Position numbers and translations under genes: made by a program. DNA of 23,883 bases from PVC group bacterium (GTDB lineage: Bacteria; Auribacterota; Erginobacteria; Erginobacterales; Erginobacteraceae): NCBI GenBank assembly GCA_043804695.1, contig JAZDIV010000062.1:1-23883 (forward strand), written 5' to 3'. Within the stretch, counting starts at the first letter, position 1, and every line of letters begins with the position of its first letter. Below the pieces are notes generated by a model. The model was given only the letters and a program-made list of their open reading frames with translations, was not told the DNA's origin and ran no database searches. Below are positions 1 to 8,311 of the stretch, one piece after another.

Positions 1-56
1 ACAATGACAAAAATATTCAAGACATTTCTGAGACGTGACACTAGCCCGGATTATTC

Positions 57-1958
57 TTACTTCAAACTATTCTGATCGAGAATTTCACAGACAAGATTAG
101 GGCCATCCCTGAAGAGTGGATTTATTCCCTTCCGGAAAAAATCTGTGAGTAGATACTGCTTATCCGGCGGCAGAACCGAATAAAGCCCCGTCTCGGTGAG
201 CTGTGTATTAATCAATATATGGGTTATCCCTTTATCCCTAAGTCCATCAATGACCCCGGAAAGAGAATCGCTGTTATTAATAATTTTCCCGAGTGTATGC
301 TCCTGAAAAATACTATCCACTACTATCTCCCGCCGGCAGTAATACCAGGCATTACCCCCGTAAACAAACATGACCCGGGCGTCATCCGACAGGTTTTCAT
401 TGATAAACCTGACAGCGGGATAGTTATACACCCGCCGGGAGAGAAAGGCTTCCTTTGATTCCCGGCCTGAAACAACCGGCCAGGGATCAAGAATTCTCCA
501 ACTGGAATAGATAGAGTCAAGATTGAAGATTAAAACACCCGCCAAGGCCAGGCTGAGGCACCCCCTTAATAGAAGAGTGTATTTTCCCCAGAGAGCCGCA
601 ATAGTTGCGGCGGCCAGAAGTGAGGCAAAGGGGATTATCGGGACCAGGATTCTTATCTGCTGGGAGAATAATGCCCATGTGCAAAAGTACACCAGGCAGT
701 AATATCCCAGGAATTTAAACCAGCGGGATTTTTTTCCTGTGAAGATCATTAAGGGAAGAAAAAGTAAAAAGACCGGGCCGATCACTCCGTCAAAACCATA
801 ATAGGTATATGAAGCCCTGGCGCTCAAGTTCCAGGGGAGGAGAAGATAGTCGACCGGGCTTTTGCCCATGCCGTATCTCAGTAATATTGTCCGGTAATCC
901 GCCGCCCGGATAGCGTCCCATCCCGTCCCCCCGAAGAATGAATAAAGGAAGGGATAAAATGGATTGCCGGTAAAAATTAAATTTTTCAGGTACCAGGGAA
1001 GAGCCAGAATCATACTGCCCAGTGCCGCTAACAGGATCCAGCGTAAGCTTTTTTGGTTTTCCCGGCTGATAAACCATTCCCCTACTGCCAGCAGGAAAAG
1101 GATAGACGAAAAGATGAGGCCGGTATACTTGGCGGACATCACCAGACCCGAGAAGACGGATACCAGGACAAGCCCCTTGATATTCCCATCGCTTCTCCAT
1201 CTCGGGTAACAACACACGGCCAGGACCAGCCAGAAACTCAGCCCCAGATCGATATACTCCCACGATGAGATCAGGGCGACCGAGGGAATGGTATAAAATA
1301 TCAGCGCTCCCAGCGCCGCAGCCGGGCGCCCGAAATACCTCAACCCGATAAAATACAGTCCTGTCGTGACAAGAACACCAAAGACACAGTGGAGAAGTTT
1401 CGGATAAAACACACCTCCCCCGGCGAACCCGATCACATAGAGCATATCGATTCCGGCCGGTTGATTGGCAAGTACATTGCCCTCCAGCCGGACCAACTGA
1501 TGAGTAAAGAGATATTCCCGGATCGACGGAAGGTGATAGCCGAGGGCGTCACCGGCATAAGGAGGGGTAAGAGAAGCGATTATATTAAGGATAAAGACAA
1601 AAAGCAGGATGCCGCAGGATAGAACCTCTAAGCGGGTAAAAGAGCGCGCCCCGGCCCTCCCGGCTAAAGGCAAACCATTTTCTCCGGTTCGCTTTCTCCA
1701 CCGGATCCCGAACCAGACGAAGGGGAGAAAGAGGATAATAAATATGACCGGGCGATAGAGGAAGCCGCCCAGGCTGAGAAAAAAGATCAGGTAGGAGATA
1801 ATACCGAATCCCAGCCCGGCCTGGAGCAGTACCTTCTCTCCTCGTGACCACCCCATGTTCAACAGCCGGGAGAAGAGCACCTTTCCCCATAACACGGCCG
1901 AGAGAAGGGTCAGGAGAAGGAGTCCCAATGAGATAATGATTTCCACCACGCAATCCAT
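57..1958 (-). CDS. GT-C-fold polytopic membrane glycosyltransferase (ArnT/GT39-like)
   Basis: 633 aa, many hydrophobic segments; motifs DALGYHL, YIDLG, KYTG, PWYLKNLIFTGNPFYP typical of bacterial GT39/ArnT-like proteins; soluble C-terminal domain. Confidence 0.75.
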   Translation of the reverse strand: MDCVVEIIISLGLLLLTLLSAVLWGKVLFSRLLNMGWSRGEKVLLQAGLGFGIISYLIFFLSLGGFLYRPVIFIILFLPFVWFGIRWRKRTGENGLPLAGRAGARSFTRLEVLSCGILLFVFILNIIASLTPPYAGDALGYHLPSIREYLFTHQLVRLEGNVLANQPAGIDMLYVIGFAGGGVFYPKLLHCVFGVLVTTGLYFIGLRYFGRPAAALGALIFYTIPSVALISSWEYIDLGLSFWLVLAVCCYPRWRSDGNIKGLVLVSVFSGLVMSAKYTGLIFSSILFLLAVGEWFISRENQKSLRWILLAALGSMILALPWYLKNLIFTGNPFYPFLYSFFGGTGWDAIRAADYRTILLRYGMGKSPVDYLLLPWNLSARASYTYYGFDGVIGPVFLLFLPLMIFTGKKSRWFKFLGYYCLVYFCTWALFSQQIRILVPIIPFASLLAAATIAALWGKYTLLLRGCLSLALAGVLIFNLDSIYSSWRILDPWPVVSGRESKEAFLSRRVYNYPAVRFINENLSDDARVMFVYGGNAWYYCRREIVVDSIFQEHTLGKIINNSDSLSGVIDGLRDKGITHILINTQLTETGLYSVLPPDKQYLLTDFFRKGINPLFRDGPNLVCEILDQNSLK

Positions 1959-1981
1959 TTTGCCTGATTTTTATTCGCCCC

Positions 1982-2025
1982 ATCCCGGATTATTCATCCC
2001 GTACACGGGATGAATAATCCGGGAT
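1982..2025. repeat. Perfect inverted repeat, 21-bp arms, 2-nt centre
   Basis: ATCCCGGATTATTCATCCCGT-AC-ACGGGATGAATAATCCGGGAT; the 12-mer CCCGGATTATTC recurs at 45-56. Confidence 0.9.
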
Positions 2026-2092
2026 ATCAATTGTCGTTCAAAACGTTACACTTGGCAATCCCGGTCATGCGACTACCGCAGACTGTTCTTCC

Positions 2093-4021
2093 CTACCCGT
2101 TTTCCTCCGCTTTCCTCCTCAAAAGCTCAATCAATTCCGGGTCGCCAATCATCTTTTCAATTATTTCCATCTCACTCCGAGCCCGGTCTTCCTGGCCCAA
2201 ACGCCGGTAGAGGAGAACCAGCCGGTAACGCGCGGAAATATGATTCCGATCGACCCGGAGCGACTCCCGGTAAACATCTTCGGCTTCCTCCCACCTCTCT
2301 AAGACCTCGTATACCTTCCCCAGTTCGTCATAGCTGTCGATCAGATAGGGCGCCAGACGAATCGCCGTCCGGAGTTCATCCCCGGCCTTCCCGGATGCTC
2401 CCTGCCGCTGATAGAGCCTGCCCAGGAGAAAATGCGGGCGGGCCAGACCCGGCTGGAGTTCGAGCGCCGCCAGGAGTTCTTTTTCCGCCTCCCCGGTCGC
2501 TCCCCGCTCAATCAGGGTCAGGGCCAGGGCCTGGCGGGCCCCGGCATCCCGGGGGAAGAGGTCCGCCATCCGGCGGGCGACTTCTTCGGCCTCGCTATAA
2601 CGGCCCAGGTTATGATAGGCCGCCCAGAGGTTGTGATGGGCGTTAAAGCCGGGGTCGAGCTCGAAGGCTTTCCGGCTCTCCCGGACGGCCGCGCCATATT
2701 CCCCCCTTTCAATATACACGGTAGCCATGGCGTCGTGAAGAGAAGCGAGGTGGGGAGCTTTGCGCAGCGCGTCTCGCCAGAGGGTAAACGGGGTCAACCA
2801 GACCAGGTTCCGGGCATAGGTCAGCAGAACCAGGCAGAGAACGATCAGGGCGCCCGCGATCCCGAACCATCTGCCGGGGAGAATGCGCCCCAGAATGACC
2901 GGGAATGCCCAGGCGAAGCCGGCCAGCGCCAGGTAAAGGTGATGCTCGGAAACCAGGGGAAGAAGGACAATCACCGAGGAGGTGGGGAGCAGGGAGATCA
3001 GGAAGAAGAAGATACCGAAGGAGACAATCCGGGCGGAGCGCAGCAGCCGGACGGCGGCGATGATGACCGACAGCAATGCCAGGAATGAGACCGGAACGGC
3101 ATTCTGGAAGACGAATTGCGAGACGGGAAAATCATAGTAGACGGTTTGACGGACGGGGAGAAAGAGGAGCCGCAGGTAAGTGAGCAAAACGCGGACCTGG
3201 GTGACGGCGTAGACCCAGCGCGAGAAGATCCGGGCCGCGCTGTCGGCCAGCCCCACCGAGGGGAGGCTGCTTTGCAGGTTGAGGGCGTAATAAAAGCCGG
3301 AGTTCCCGGTCCCCGCCGTCCGCCAGATGACGGCCGCGATGATGAGGGGGAGAGCGGCGAAGGGCAGCCACGCTTTCAGCTTCCGGCGCCACCCCTCCCC
3401 CGGCCCGAATAACAATTCCCAGAGGCCGAGCAGAAGCGGAAGCGCCGCCGCCCCTTCCTTGCTGAAGACCCCGAAAAGCCCGGCCAGCCAGGCTCCCCCG
3501 TAATTGAAGGGGGAGCCGCCCTGCCGCCCCCGGCAATAGAGATAGAGAGAGAGGAGGCAGGAGAAACCGCTCAGCCCGGCCCCCCGCTGAATGATATAGG
3601 TTACCGCCTGGGTCTGAATCGGGTGAGCTACGAATAATAACCCCGCCAGTACAGCCAGACGATTATCCGGAAGATAGACAGTTGAATTAACCTCTATTTT
3701 TTTCCGCCGCAGGCGAAAAAAAATAAGGTAGATGAGGCAGGCGGAAAGAATGTGCAGAAGGGCGTTGAACAGGTGATATCCGAAGGGGGCAAGACCGCCC
3801 GCCCGGTAATTGAGGGCCAGGGTCCAGAAGAGGAAGAAGCGGCTCGGCCAATAGCGGAAGATGGGACCGAAGTCCGTCCAGTCATAGAGGGCGGGATTGC
3901 GGGTGATATGGGGGACGTCGTCCCACTGGAAGGAGGCGGCCAGGCTGTTGAGGTAGATCACTCCTCCCAGGAGTAGGATGAGGAGAAAGGCGCCCCAGTG
4001 GTCTCGTGGTATGGCTCTCAT
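2093..4021 (-). CDS. TMTC-like GT-C glycosyltransferase with C-terminal TPR repeats
   Basis: 642 aa; FQWDD, YHLFNALLH, AHPIQTQAVTYI, SKE, EHHLYL motifs; several TPRs (ALELQPG, AIRLAPY); ATGA overlap with upstream gene at 4018-4021. Confidence 0.85.
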   Translation of the reverse strand: MRAIPRDHWGAFLLILLLGGVIYLNSLAASFQWDDVPHITRNPALYDWTDFGPIFRYWPSRFFLFWTLALNYRAGGLAPFGYHLFNALLHILSACLIYLIFFRLRRKKIEVNSTVYLPDNRLAVLAGLLFVAHPIQTQAVTYIIQRGAGLSGFSCLLSLYLYCRGRQGGSPFNYGGAWLAGLFGVFSKEGAAALPLLLGLWELLFGPGEGWRRKLKAWLPFAALPLIIAAVIWRTAGTGNSGFYYALNLQSSLPSVGLADSAARIFSRWVYAVTQVRVLLTYLRLLFLPVRQTVYYDFPVSQFVFQNAVPVSFLALLSVIIAAVRLLRSARIVSFGIFFFLISLLPTSSVIVLLPLVSEHHLYLALAGFAWAFPVILGRILPGRWFGIAGALIVLCLVLLTYARNLVWLTPFTLWRDALRKAPHLASLHDAMATVYIERGEYGAAVRESRKAFELDPGFNAHHNLWAAYHNLGRYSEAEEVARRMADLFPRDAGARQALALTLIERGATGEAEKELLAALELQPGLARPHFLLGRLYQRQGASGKAGDELRTAIRLAPYLIDSYDELGKVYEVLERWEEAEDVYRESLRVDRNHISARYRLVLLYRRLGQEDRARSEMEIIEKMIGDPELIELLRRKAEENG

Positions 4022-5562
4022 TTCTTTTTCCGGCAGGATGCTGCTTCTTCGGAATCAGACCGATCGGTCGGATCAGTCGGATCGGTCGTATTATAGTTCT
4101 TTCCCATCCCTAATTTTTTCAACACCTCGAAATACAGCGCGCCGGTCTCGGCGGCAGCTTTCTCTTCCCCCAGCGCTCTCTGCGCGCGGGCTTTCAGGAG
4201 GTAGGAGTACGCCATGGCCGGATTTAAAGCTATCGCCCGGTCGCAGAGAGAGACTGTTTCAGGGTATCGCCCGGAACGGAAGGCGTGGTCGGCCAGCATG
4301 TGGTAGATCAGGTCGCTCCCGCCCTGCTGACGGAGAGCCTCGTTCCAGAGCGTTCCGCCATCACGCCAGAACCGGCAGCGATACCCGGTGCCGACAGCCA
4401 GGAAGACGGCGATCATAAAGCCGGAAAGGATAATCACCGCCTTGAGGCGTTTCACTTCCCCTGCCCGGGACAACAGGCCGCTGAAACCTCCGCTTATCAG
4501 GTAACCGGCCGCGGCCAGGGGAAGATACATAAACCGGTTGGCGGCAACCTCGATCCCGGCGAAGGGGATGAGGCGGAGGACGGGCAGGAGAGTGACTATA
4601 AAAAAACCGGTGCCGAAGAGAATATCACGGTTCTTTCCCCGGTTAGCGGAGAGCCAGACGGCCAGTAAACAAACCAGGAGCACGGAACCCGCGACCGAAA
4701 CATCAAAGAAGGCTACTCTCGCCGGGAAAAGATAAACCGGGGAGAGCTGAACCGGCAGCAGGACCCGGATAACGTAAAATCCCAGGTTCCGGAAAAAGAG
4801 GAGCACGTTTTCACCGGACAGGCCGAGATGAGCGGCGCTTCCCGGATAGCGGGCGGTCTGCATCATCAGCGCGGGAACCCCAACGGCCAGAGCGAGGATG
4901 AAGAACGGAAGCAGGACGATCCAGTCTTTCTTCAATAATCGCCGGCGGAAGCAGGAGAGCCAAAGCAGTATTACCGGCGGCAGGGTCACCGCGGTGGTCT
5001 TGCAGAAAAGAGAAAGGATGAAAAAGATGATCGAGATGAGATAGAAGCGGGCCGATTGCCGGTTATGATAAAAGATGAAGGTTATTAAAGCGAGGAGGTA
5101 GAAAAACGCGAAGAGAAGATCTTTCCGGGCCGATATCCAGGCCACCGCCTGGACCTGGAGAGGATTGATCTCAAAGAACAGCGCCCCCGCCAGGGCCGCC
5201 GGGAGGTTTCTCCCGAGCAGGAACAGCAGAAAGAATACCAGCAGGGTGTTCGCCAGGTGCAGGAAGAGGCTATGAAGGTGATAAACGGCGGGCTGCAGGC
5301 CGAAAAGCCCGTATTCAACCGAGAAGAGCGCCGTCACCAAAGGGTGGTATTCACTGACCACCCGGGAGCGGAATATCTCCACCGTGTTCCGGAAAGACAC
5401 CTCCCGGACCAGGGGGTTCGCGAGAAGCTGGGCGGGGTCGTCCCAGTTGGTGAACCCGTTCCGGAGCACGGGGAAAAAAGCCGACGCTCCCGCCGCCAGC
5501 AGAACGAACACACCGGCCCAGATATAACATCTTTTATTCCGGGCTGTATTTTTCAAGCTCAT
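4018..5562 (-). CDS. TMTC-like GT-C glycosyltransferase with short TPR region
   Basis: FTNWDD, YHPL, YHLHSLFLH, AVAWISARKD, NRFMYLP, AIALNP; start moved to ATG at 5562 (MSLKN...) because the track's longer start runs through REPs and overlaps the RAYT. Confidence 0.8.
   Translation of the reverse strand: MSLKNTARNKRCYIWAGVFVLLAAGASAFFPVLRNGFTNWDDPAQLLANPLVREVSFRNTVEIFRSRVVSEYHPLVTALFSVEYGLFGLQPAVYHLHSLFLHLANTLLVFFLLFLLGRNLPAALAGALFFEINPLQVQAVAWISARKDLLFAFFYLLALITFIFYHNRQSARFYLISIIFFILSLFCKTTAVTLPPVILLWLSCFRRRLLKKDWIVLLPFFILALAVGVPALMMQTARYPGSAAHLGLSGENVLLFFRNLGFYVIRVLLPVQLSPVYLFPARVAFFDVSVAGSVLLVCLLAVWLSANRGKNRDILFGTGFFIVTLLPVLRLIPFAGIEVAANRFMYLPLAAAGYLISGGFSGLLSRAGEVKRLKAVIILSGFMIAVFLAVGTGYRCRFWRDGGTLWNEALRQQGGSDLIYHMLADHAFRSGRYPETVSLCDRAIALNPAMAYSYLLKARAQRALGEEKAAAETGALYFEVLKKLGMGKNYNTTDPTDPTDRSDSEEAASCRKKK
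4062..4088. repeat. Three tandem 9-mers GATC(G/A)GTCG in the gene's 3' end
   Basis: gatcggtcg gatcagtcg gatcggtcg; read as TDPTDPTD in the C-terminal tail. Confidence 0.75.
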
Positions 5563-5566
5563 TGCT

Positions 5567-5669
5567 GTGGGAGGGTTTTTTAAGCCCGATCCCACGGCCC
5601 GGCCAGATCGGGGTTGAAAACCCCTCCCACAAGGCCGGGCCACTGTGGGAGGGCTTTTTAAGCCCGATC
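5567..5669. repeat. REP cluster (BIME-like) downstream of RAYT, 3 REPs
   Basis: 5567-5591(+) and 5645-5669(+) GTGGGAGGG(C/T)TTTTTAAGCCCGATC; 5606-5630(-) GTGGGAGGGGTTTTCAACCCCGATC. Confidence 0.9.
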
Positions 5670-6157
5670 TATTCGAGATTAAATTTGCATCTCCAGTAAG
5701 GATACTCAGATGGCTTTTCAACCAACCCTTTTCTAACCGGGTTATAATAGCAATATAAGATTATCTGACGCAGAGATTCTTCTTTTCTAATACAATGGTC
5801 ATAATAACCTTCCTGCCATAATGCGCCTTCCCGGTTCCATAATTTATTTATCTCTCTCGACGAATATCTTTTCCAAGAGTGCATTAATTGCTCAAGTGTA
5901 TTTATTCCTTTAAGTGCAGCTACAAGATGCACATGATCGGGCATTATCATCACGCAAAATAAATCCCATTTATCATTATCTTCCAGCCATTGAATTGAAT
6001 TAAATATAATTTCACAGCTGGCGCTGTCTTTAAATATGCTCTGTTGATCCCTGGTACGCGTTGTTAAAAAATACGCGTGGCCACTGCCAGACCATCGACC
6101 CTGGCGAAGCCAGCTTGAACCTTTCTCCGGATGGCGTTTTTGATTATTATTGTTCAT
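5669..6157 (-). CDS. rayT: REP-associated tyrosine transposase (RAYT, Y1 HUH family)
   Basis: 162 aa; YFLTTRT, HuH motif MPDHVH, WQEGYYDHCIR, YCYYNPVRKGLV; REP clusters on both sides; visibly AT-rich versus neighbours. Confidence 0.92.
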   Translation of the reverse strand: MNNNNQKRHPEKGSSWLRQGRWSGSGHAYFLTTRTRDQQSIFKDSASCEIIFNSIQWLEDNDKWDLFCVMIMPDHVHLVAALKGINTLEQLMHSWKRYSSREINKLWNREGALWQEGYYDHCIRKEESLRQIILYCYYNPVRKGLVEKPSEYPYWRCKFNLE

Positions 6158-6176
6158 TGATTAGATTCTCTTTCTA

Positions 6177-6344
6177 ATCGGGGTTGGAAACCCCTCCCAC
6201 AATCGCCCCTCGCTAATCGGGGTTTGGAAACCCCTCCCACAAGGCCGGACCACTGTGGGAGGGCTTTTTAAGCCCGATCCCAGGGCCCGGCCAGATCGGG
6301 GTTGGAAACCCCTCCCACAATCACCCAGTAAAAACCCCTCCCAC
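6177..6344. repeat. REP cluster upstream of RAYT, 4 REPs plus a partial
   Basis: 6177-6200(-), 6216-6240(-), 6255-6279(+), 6294-6318(-), partial 6331-6344; two variants with stems GGGGTT/AACCCC (A) and GGGCTT/AAGCCC (B). Confidence 0.9.
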
Positions 6345-6371
6345 GGATATGGCACTTAAAATTAAGGACGA

Positions 6372-8153
6372 TTACTTGGCGGCGGACAGGTTTTGCCGGG
6401 CGGATTCCAGGTTCTGGTCCAGTTCCAGCGCTTTACGCCAGCAGCGGCGGGCGTCCTCTCCCCTGCCCCGGTTGGCGTAGATTACTCCCAGGTGGTCGTA
6501 GCCGATCGCGAAATCGGGATTAAGATAAACGGCTTTCCGGGCGTACTCTTCCGCTTCCTTCCACTGCCCCTGAGAGGCGTGGAAGCCCGCCAGATGATCG
6601 TAGATGACATGATCGTAGGGGGTGAGTTCAAGCGCCCGGCGGAATGCATCCAGGGCCACGTCGTACTTCCGTTGGAAAACATATATCTTTCCCAGTTCAT
6701 AGGCGGCGGGAGCATAATCAGGGTTGGCCCCGGCCGCGAGCAGAAGGGTTTTCACCGATTCCTCCTCCATCCCCCGTTCCCAGAGGGCGAGCCCCAGGTT
6801 GGTGAGGATAACCGCCCGGTACTCATCCGGAGGTCGGCTTTCCAAGGCCTTCCTGAACTCCGCTTCGGCCACGGCTGGTTTGCGGCCGGACAGGTGAAGG
6901 CTGCCCAGGTTATTGAGGGCGGTAGCGCTGAGGGGTGATGTCCGGAGGACATCCTCCCAGAAAAGGCGGGGATCGCTCCAGAGGAAATTTTCCATCCGGA
7001 TCAGCACCCCCCAGCAGACAAAGAGCAGAACCAGGCAGATGACCGATATGATTCGGGCGGATGCGTTTTTAAACCATCCCCAGGTTTTGATGATGAGAAC
7101 AGCCGCAGCCAAACTGAAACCGGCCAGGGGCAGGTAGAGATACCGGTCGGCCGCCAGGCGGGGCTGGTTGATGGCATTGGCTACCGGGAAGAGGGCGAGG
7201 ATGAACCATCCCCAGCCAAGCAGCAGAAGCCGCGACCGCCGGACGCAGCTGAGGATGATCATCGCCCCGGCCAGGGCGAGGGGAAAAAGAAAATTCTCCG
7301 GAAGGGCGAAGACCCCGTGAGAGAGGGGATACACGTAATCAAGGCAGAGGTTGACGGGAAGAACGGCCACCCGGAGATAATGGAGATAGGTGGCGGCAAC
7401 GGCATTCACCGGGCCCAGCTCTTTTCCGGTTGAAATCATCATCCAGCCTTCCTTCTCCAGGAGGAAGAACCGGACAATCACCCAGGCCAGGCTGATGGCG
7501 ATAAACCCCAGATAGAATCCCCTCCGGCGAGTGACCCCGGGAAAGCGCTCGACCAGAAACTGCAGGGCCAGCCAGAGGGGCAGTACCAGGGCCGGTTCCT
7601 TGCTGGCCAGGGCCAGCAGGTAGAAGACAAGTGAAAGAACGGTCCAGGCCCAGGGCCGCCGGGGGGACCGGGCCGCCCGGGTGGCGGCGATCAGGCTGAG
7701 CATAAACCAGAAGAACATCAGCGGGTCGTCCAGGAACGATACACAAGTGATGGTCTCAACGTGCGCCGGGTGGAGTGCGAAGAGGGCCGATGCCAGGAGG
7801 GAAACGGCGGAGCCGGCGTTCAGCAAACGCAGGTAGCAGAACAGGAGGATGACATTAACCAGATGGAGAAGCAGCTTGAAGAGGTGGTAGCCCCAGGGGT
7901 TGAGCCGCCAGAATGCGTACTGGATAAAATAAAAGAGAACGGTGACCGGTCGGAACCGCTTGGGTGAAAGCTTGTAATATTCGGACGTGAAGAGGCGGGG
8001 GATATAGGCGGGGTTCTTGATCAGGGCGCTCTCAACGATCTGATTGGCGTCATCGTAAATAAAAGGGACTTGAAAGGAGTTGCCGTAGGCGGCGACAGTC
8101 GCCAGGCCGATCAGCCCCAGACAGATCCATTCTTTTTTAAGATACCGGATCAT
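6372..8153 (-). CDS. TMTC-like GT-C glycosyltransferase with TPR repeats
   Basis: 593 aa; FIYDD, FRP, YHLFKLLLH, ALHPAHVE, SKE, ADRYLYLP; about five TPRs at the C-terminus. Confidence 0.85.
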   Translation of the reverse strand: MIRYLKKEWICLGLIGLATVAAYGNSFQVPFIYDDANQIVESALIKNPAYIPRLFTSEYYKLSPKRFRPVTVLFYFIQYAFWRLNPWGYHLFKLLLHLVNVILLFCYLRLLNAGSAVSLLASALFALHPAHVETITCVSFLDDPLMFFWFMLSLIAATRAARSPRRPWAWTVLSLVFYLLALASKEPALVLPLWLALQFLVERFPGVTRRRGFYLGFIAISLAWVIVRFFLLEKEGWMMISTGKELGPVNAVAATYLHYLRVAVLPVNLCLDYVYPLSHGVFALPENFLFPLALAGAMIILSCVRRSRLLLLGWGWFILALFPVANAINQPRLAADRYLYLPLAGFSLAAAVLIIKTWGWFKNASARIISVICLVLLFVCWGVLIRMENFLWSDPRLFWEDVLRTSPLSATALNNLGSLHLSGRKPAVAEAEFRKALESRPPDEYRAVILTNLGLALWERGMEEESVKTLLLAAGANPDYAPAAYELGKIYVFQRKYDVALDAFRRALELTPYDHVIYDHLAGFHASQGQWKEAEEYARKAVYLNPDFAIGYDHLGVIYANRGRGEDARRCWRKALELDQNLESARQNLSAAK

Positions 8154-8180
8154 CGGTTGCCGTTATCCCCCATCAGCCGA

Positions 8181-8246
8181 ATCGCGGCCCGACAGAGTCG
8201 GGCAAGCCGGATGTTTACCCCGATATTTTTTCGGGGCCGCTCCCCC
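8181..8246 (-). repeat. Expanded branched REP-like element
   Basis: GGGGGA-GCGG-[two hairpins]-CCGC-GAT; homologous to 14265-14336. Confidence 0.7.
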
Positions 8247-8311
8247 GGACCCGGAGATTTTACCGGGGGAGGCTTTCCAGGCCCGCTTTACCTGACTTCC
8301 GGCTTCTGACT

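Noticed and set aside
5563..5721. Extended N-terminus of the 567-aa ORF
   Set aside because: It is translated REP sequence overlapping the RAYT; ATG at 5562 precedes the first TM
6161..6355. 64-aa ORF, and similar ORFs at 11616-11849, 12793-13023, 21226-21534
   Set aside because: Translations of repeat DNA with no protein-like features
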